Below, piece after piece: positions 62,808 to 64,000 of a stretch of 64,000 nt of DNA. This stretch comes from an uncultured Chloroflexia bacterium (GTDB lineage Bacteria > Chloroflexota > Limnocylindria > QHBO01), in NCBI GenBank assembly GCA_963827475.1, contig CAWHAZ010000007.1:64001-128000 (forward strand), in the 5' to 3' direction. The notes under the pieces were generated by a model that searched no databases, had not been told where the DNA came from, and saw nothing but the letters and a program-made list of their open reading frames with translations. Both the position numbers and the translations under genes were made by a program. Numbering within the stretch: position 1 is the first letter of the stretch; each line of letters opens with the position of its first letter.

Positions 62808-64000
62808 GTGCATTCCGGGTCACAGACCGTGAGTTGGCGCCTGCTCGCTCCGATCGTGGTGTTCTCGCTGGTCGCGAGCGCCATGCTCGTGGCGGCCCGA
62901 GCGCCGCAACCTGAGCCAGGCGGGCGCGTCAGCGACGCCGTCGAGACATCCGCCCGCGACTACTACTACACGCTCGCCGCGCCACGGGTCCAATCCGATG
63001 TCTCGGTCGACCGGTCCGTCGACCAGAACGCAACAACGCAGGGGTCGACGCCTACGGGCCGCTGACCGACCTCCAGGCGTGGTGGCAGCAGCAGCAGCGA
63101 AAGCACTCGCAGGGCTTCCCCCGCGCCGCGGAGGGCCTGGCCCAGGCCGAGGCGCAGGCGGTGGCGACCGGGCAGAACCCGCGCGCCATCAAGGAGGCCA
63201 AGCAGACCCAGCAGGCCCGCCTGCTGACCGTGCTGGTCGAGTTCAACCCCGAGGCCAATGACGACTTCAGCGGCTTTGAGCGGCTGACCGACATCAACGG
63301 CGTGGCCGGCGCGGACTGCGTCGTCGAGCCCGCGGGCACGCTCATCAACGGGCCGCTCCATGACGGCCTGCCGAACCCTGCGACGAACGGGAACGGGACC
63401 GATAACAACACGTTCTGGGTCGAGGACTTCGAGCGCGCAGCACTACGAAGACCTGATGTTCTCCACGACCGGCATCACCGAACGGGTCCGTCCGGACCTC
63501 GTCGGTCCTGACGGCGGCGCGGGGATCGACATCAGCGGATTCACCCTCCGCAACATGTACCTCGAGATGTCGAAGGGCGCCTATGACCTGACCGGCGATG
63601 TCGTCGGCTGGGTCGAGCTTCCGCACTCCGAGGGCTGGTACGCCGCCGACACCTGCGCCGCAGGACGGGCGAGCGACGTCGGCCACCCGGACAACCCGCG
63701 TGACGTCAGCCAGATGGTCGTGGACGCGGTCGATGCGATCGCGGCCGACGACCCGAACTTCCCGTGGGGCGACTACGACATCGAGGACCAGGGCGACCTG
63801 GACGAGGATGGCAACTTCTTCGAGCCCGATGGCGTGATCGACCACTTCGTGATCGTCCATGCCGGCGCGGGTGAAGAGGGCGGCGGTGGCGAGCAGGGCG
63901 TATACGCCGTCTGGTCGCACTCGTCGGTCGTCGACCCGGCTGCCGGCGGGTACACCATCCCCGGCACCGACATCAAGGTTTTCAACTACATCGCCCAGCC
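62808..64000 (+). CDS. Secreted M6 family metalloprotease (immune inhibitor A-like); frameshifted and truncated by the window
   Basis: Signal peptide; LLTVLVEF; NMYLEMSKG; DYDIEDQGD; IDHFVIVHAGAGEEGGGG; VWSH. Confidence 0.85.

Overview
GC-rich, gene-dense bacterial chromosome segment. A Chloroflexota- or Actinomycetota-like origin is my inference from gene content, not a result. About 22 genes are broken by single-base frameshifts while keeping intact catalytic motifs, which fits uncorrected long-read indels better than pseudogenes. Main content: two adenylate cyclase-STAND ATPase proteins; tRNA-Gln(CTG); a ~12.5 kb catabolic cluster for an unknown organic acid or lactone (CoA-transferase III, PTE-like lactonase, Zn-dehydrogenase, TRAP, two convergent IclR paralogs, acylating ALDH, ThDP enzyme, citryl-CoA lyase-like, cupin) with a visible shared operator; a P-type ATPase lacking the acidic ion-binding residues, divergent from a CYTH-like/Ppx fusion; ppk1-CYTH/CHAD-NUDIX; an ECF sigma/anti-sigma pair with two matching divergent promoters; pntAA-AB-B; several ABC systems; a split pyrimidine-catabolism set with an F420-type LLM enzyme; PadR with its operator; and a partial M6 protease. 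I saw no integrase, transposase, CRISPR array or rRNA. The best candidates for undescribed biology are the non-canonical P-type ATPase/CYTH-Ppx pair and the IclR-regulated catabolic pathway.
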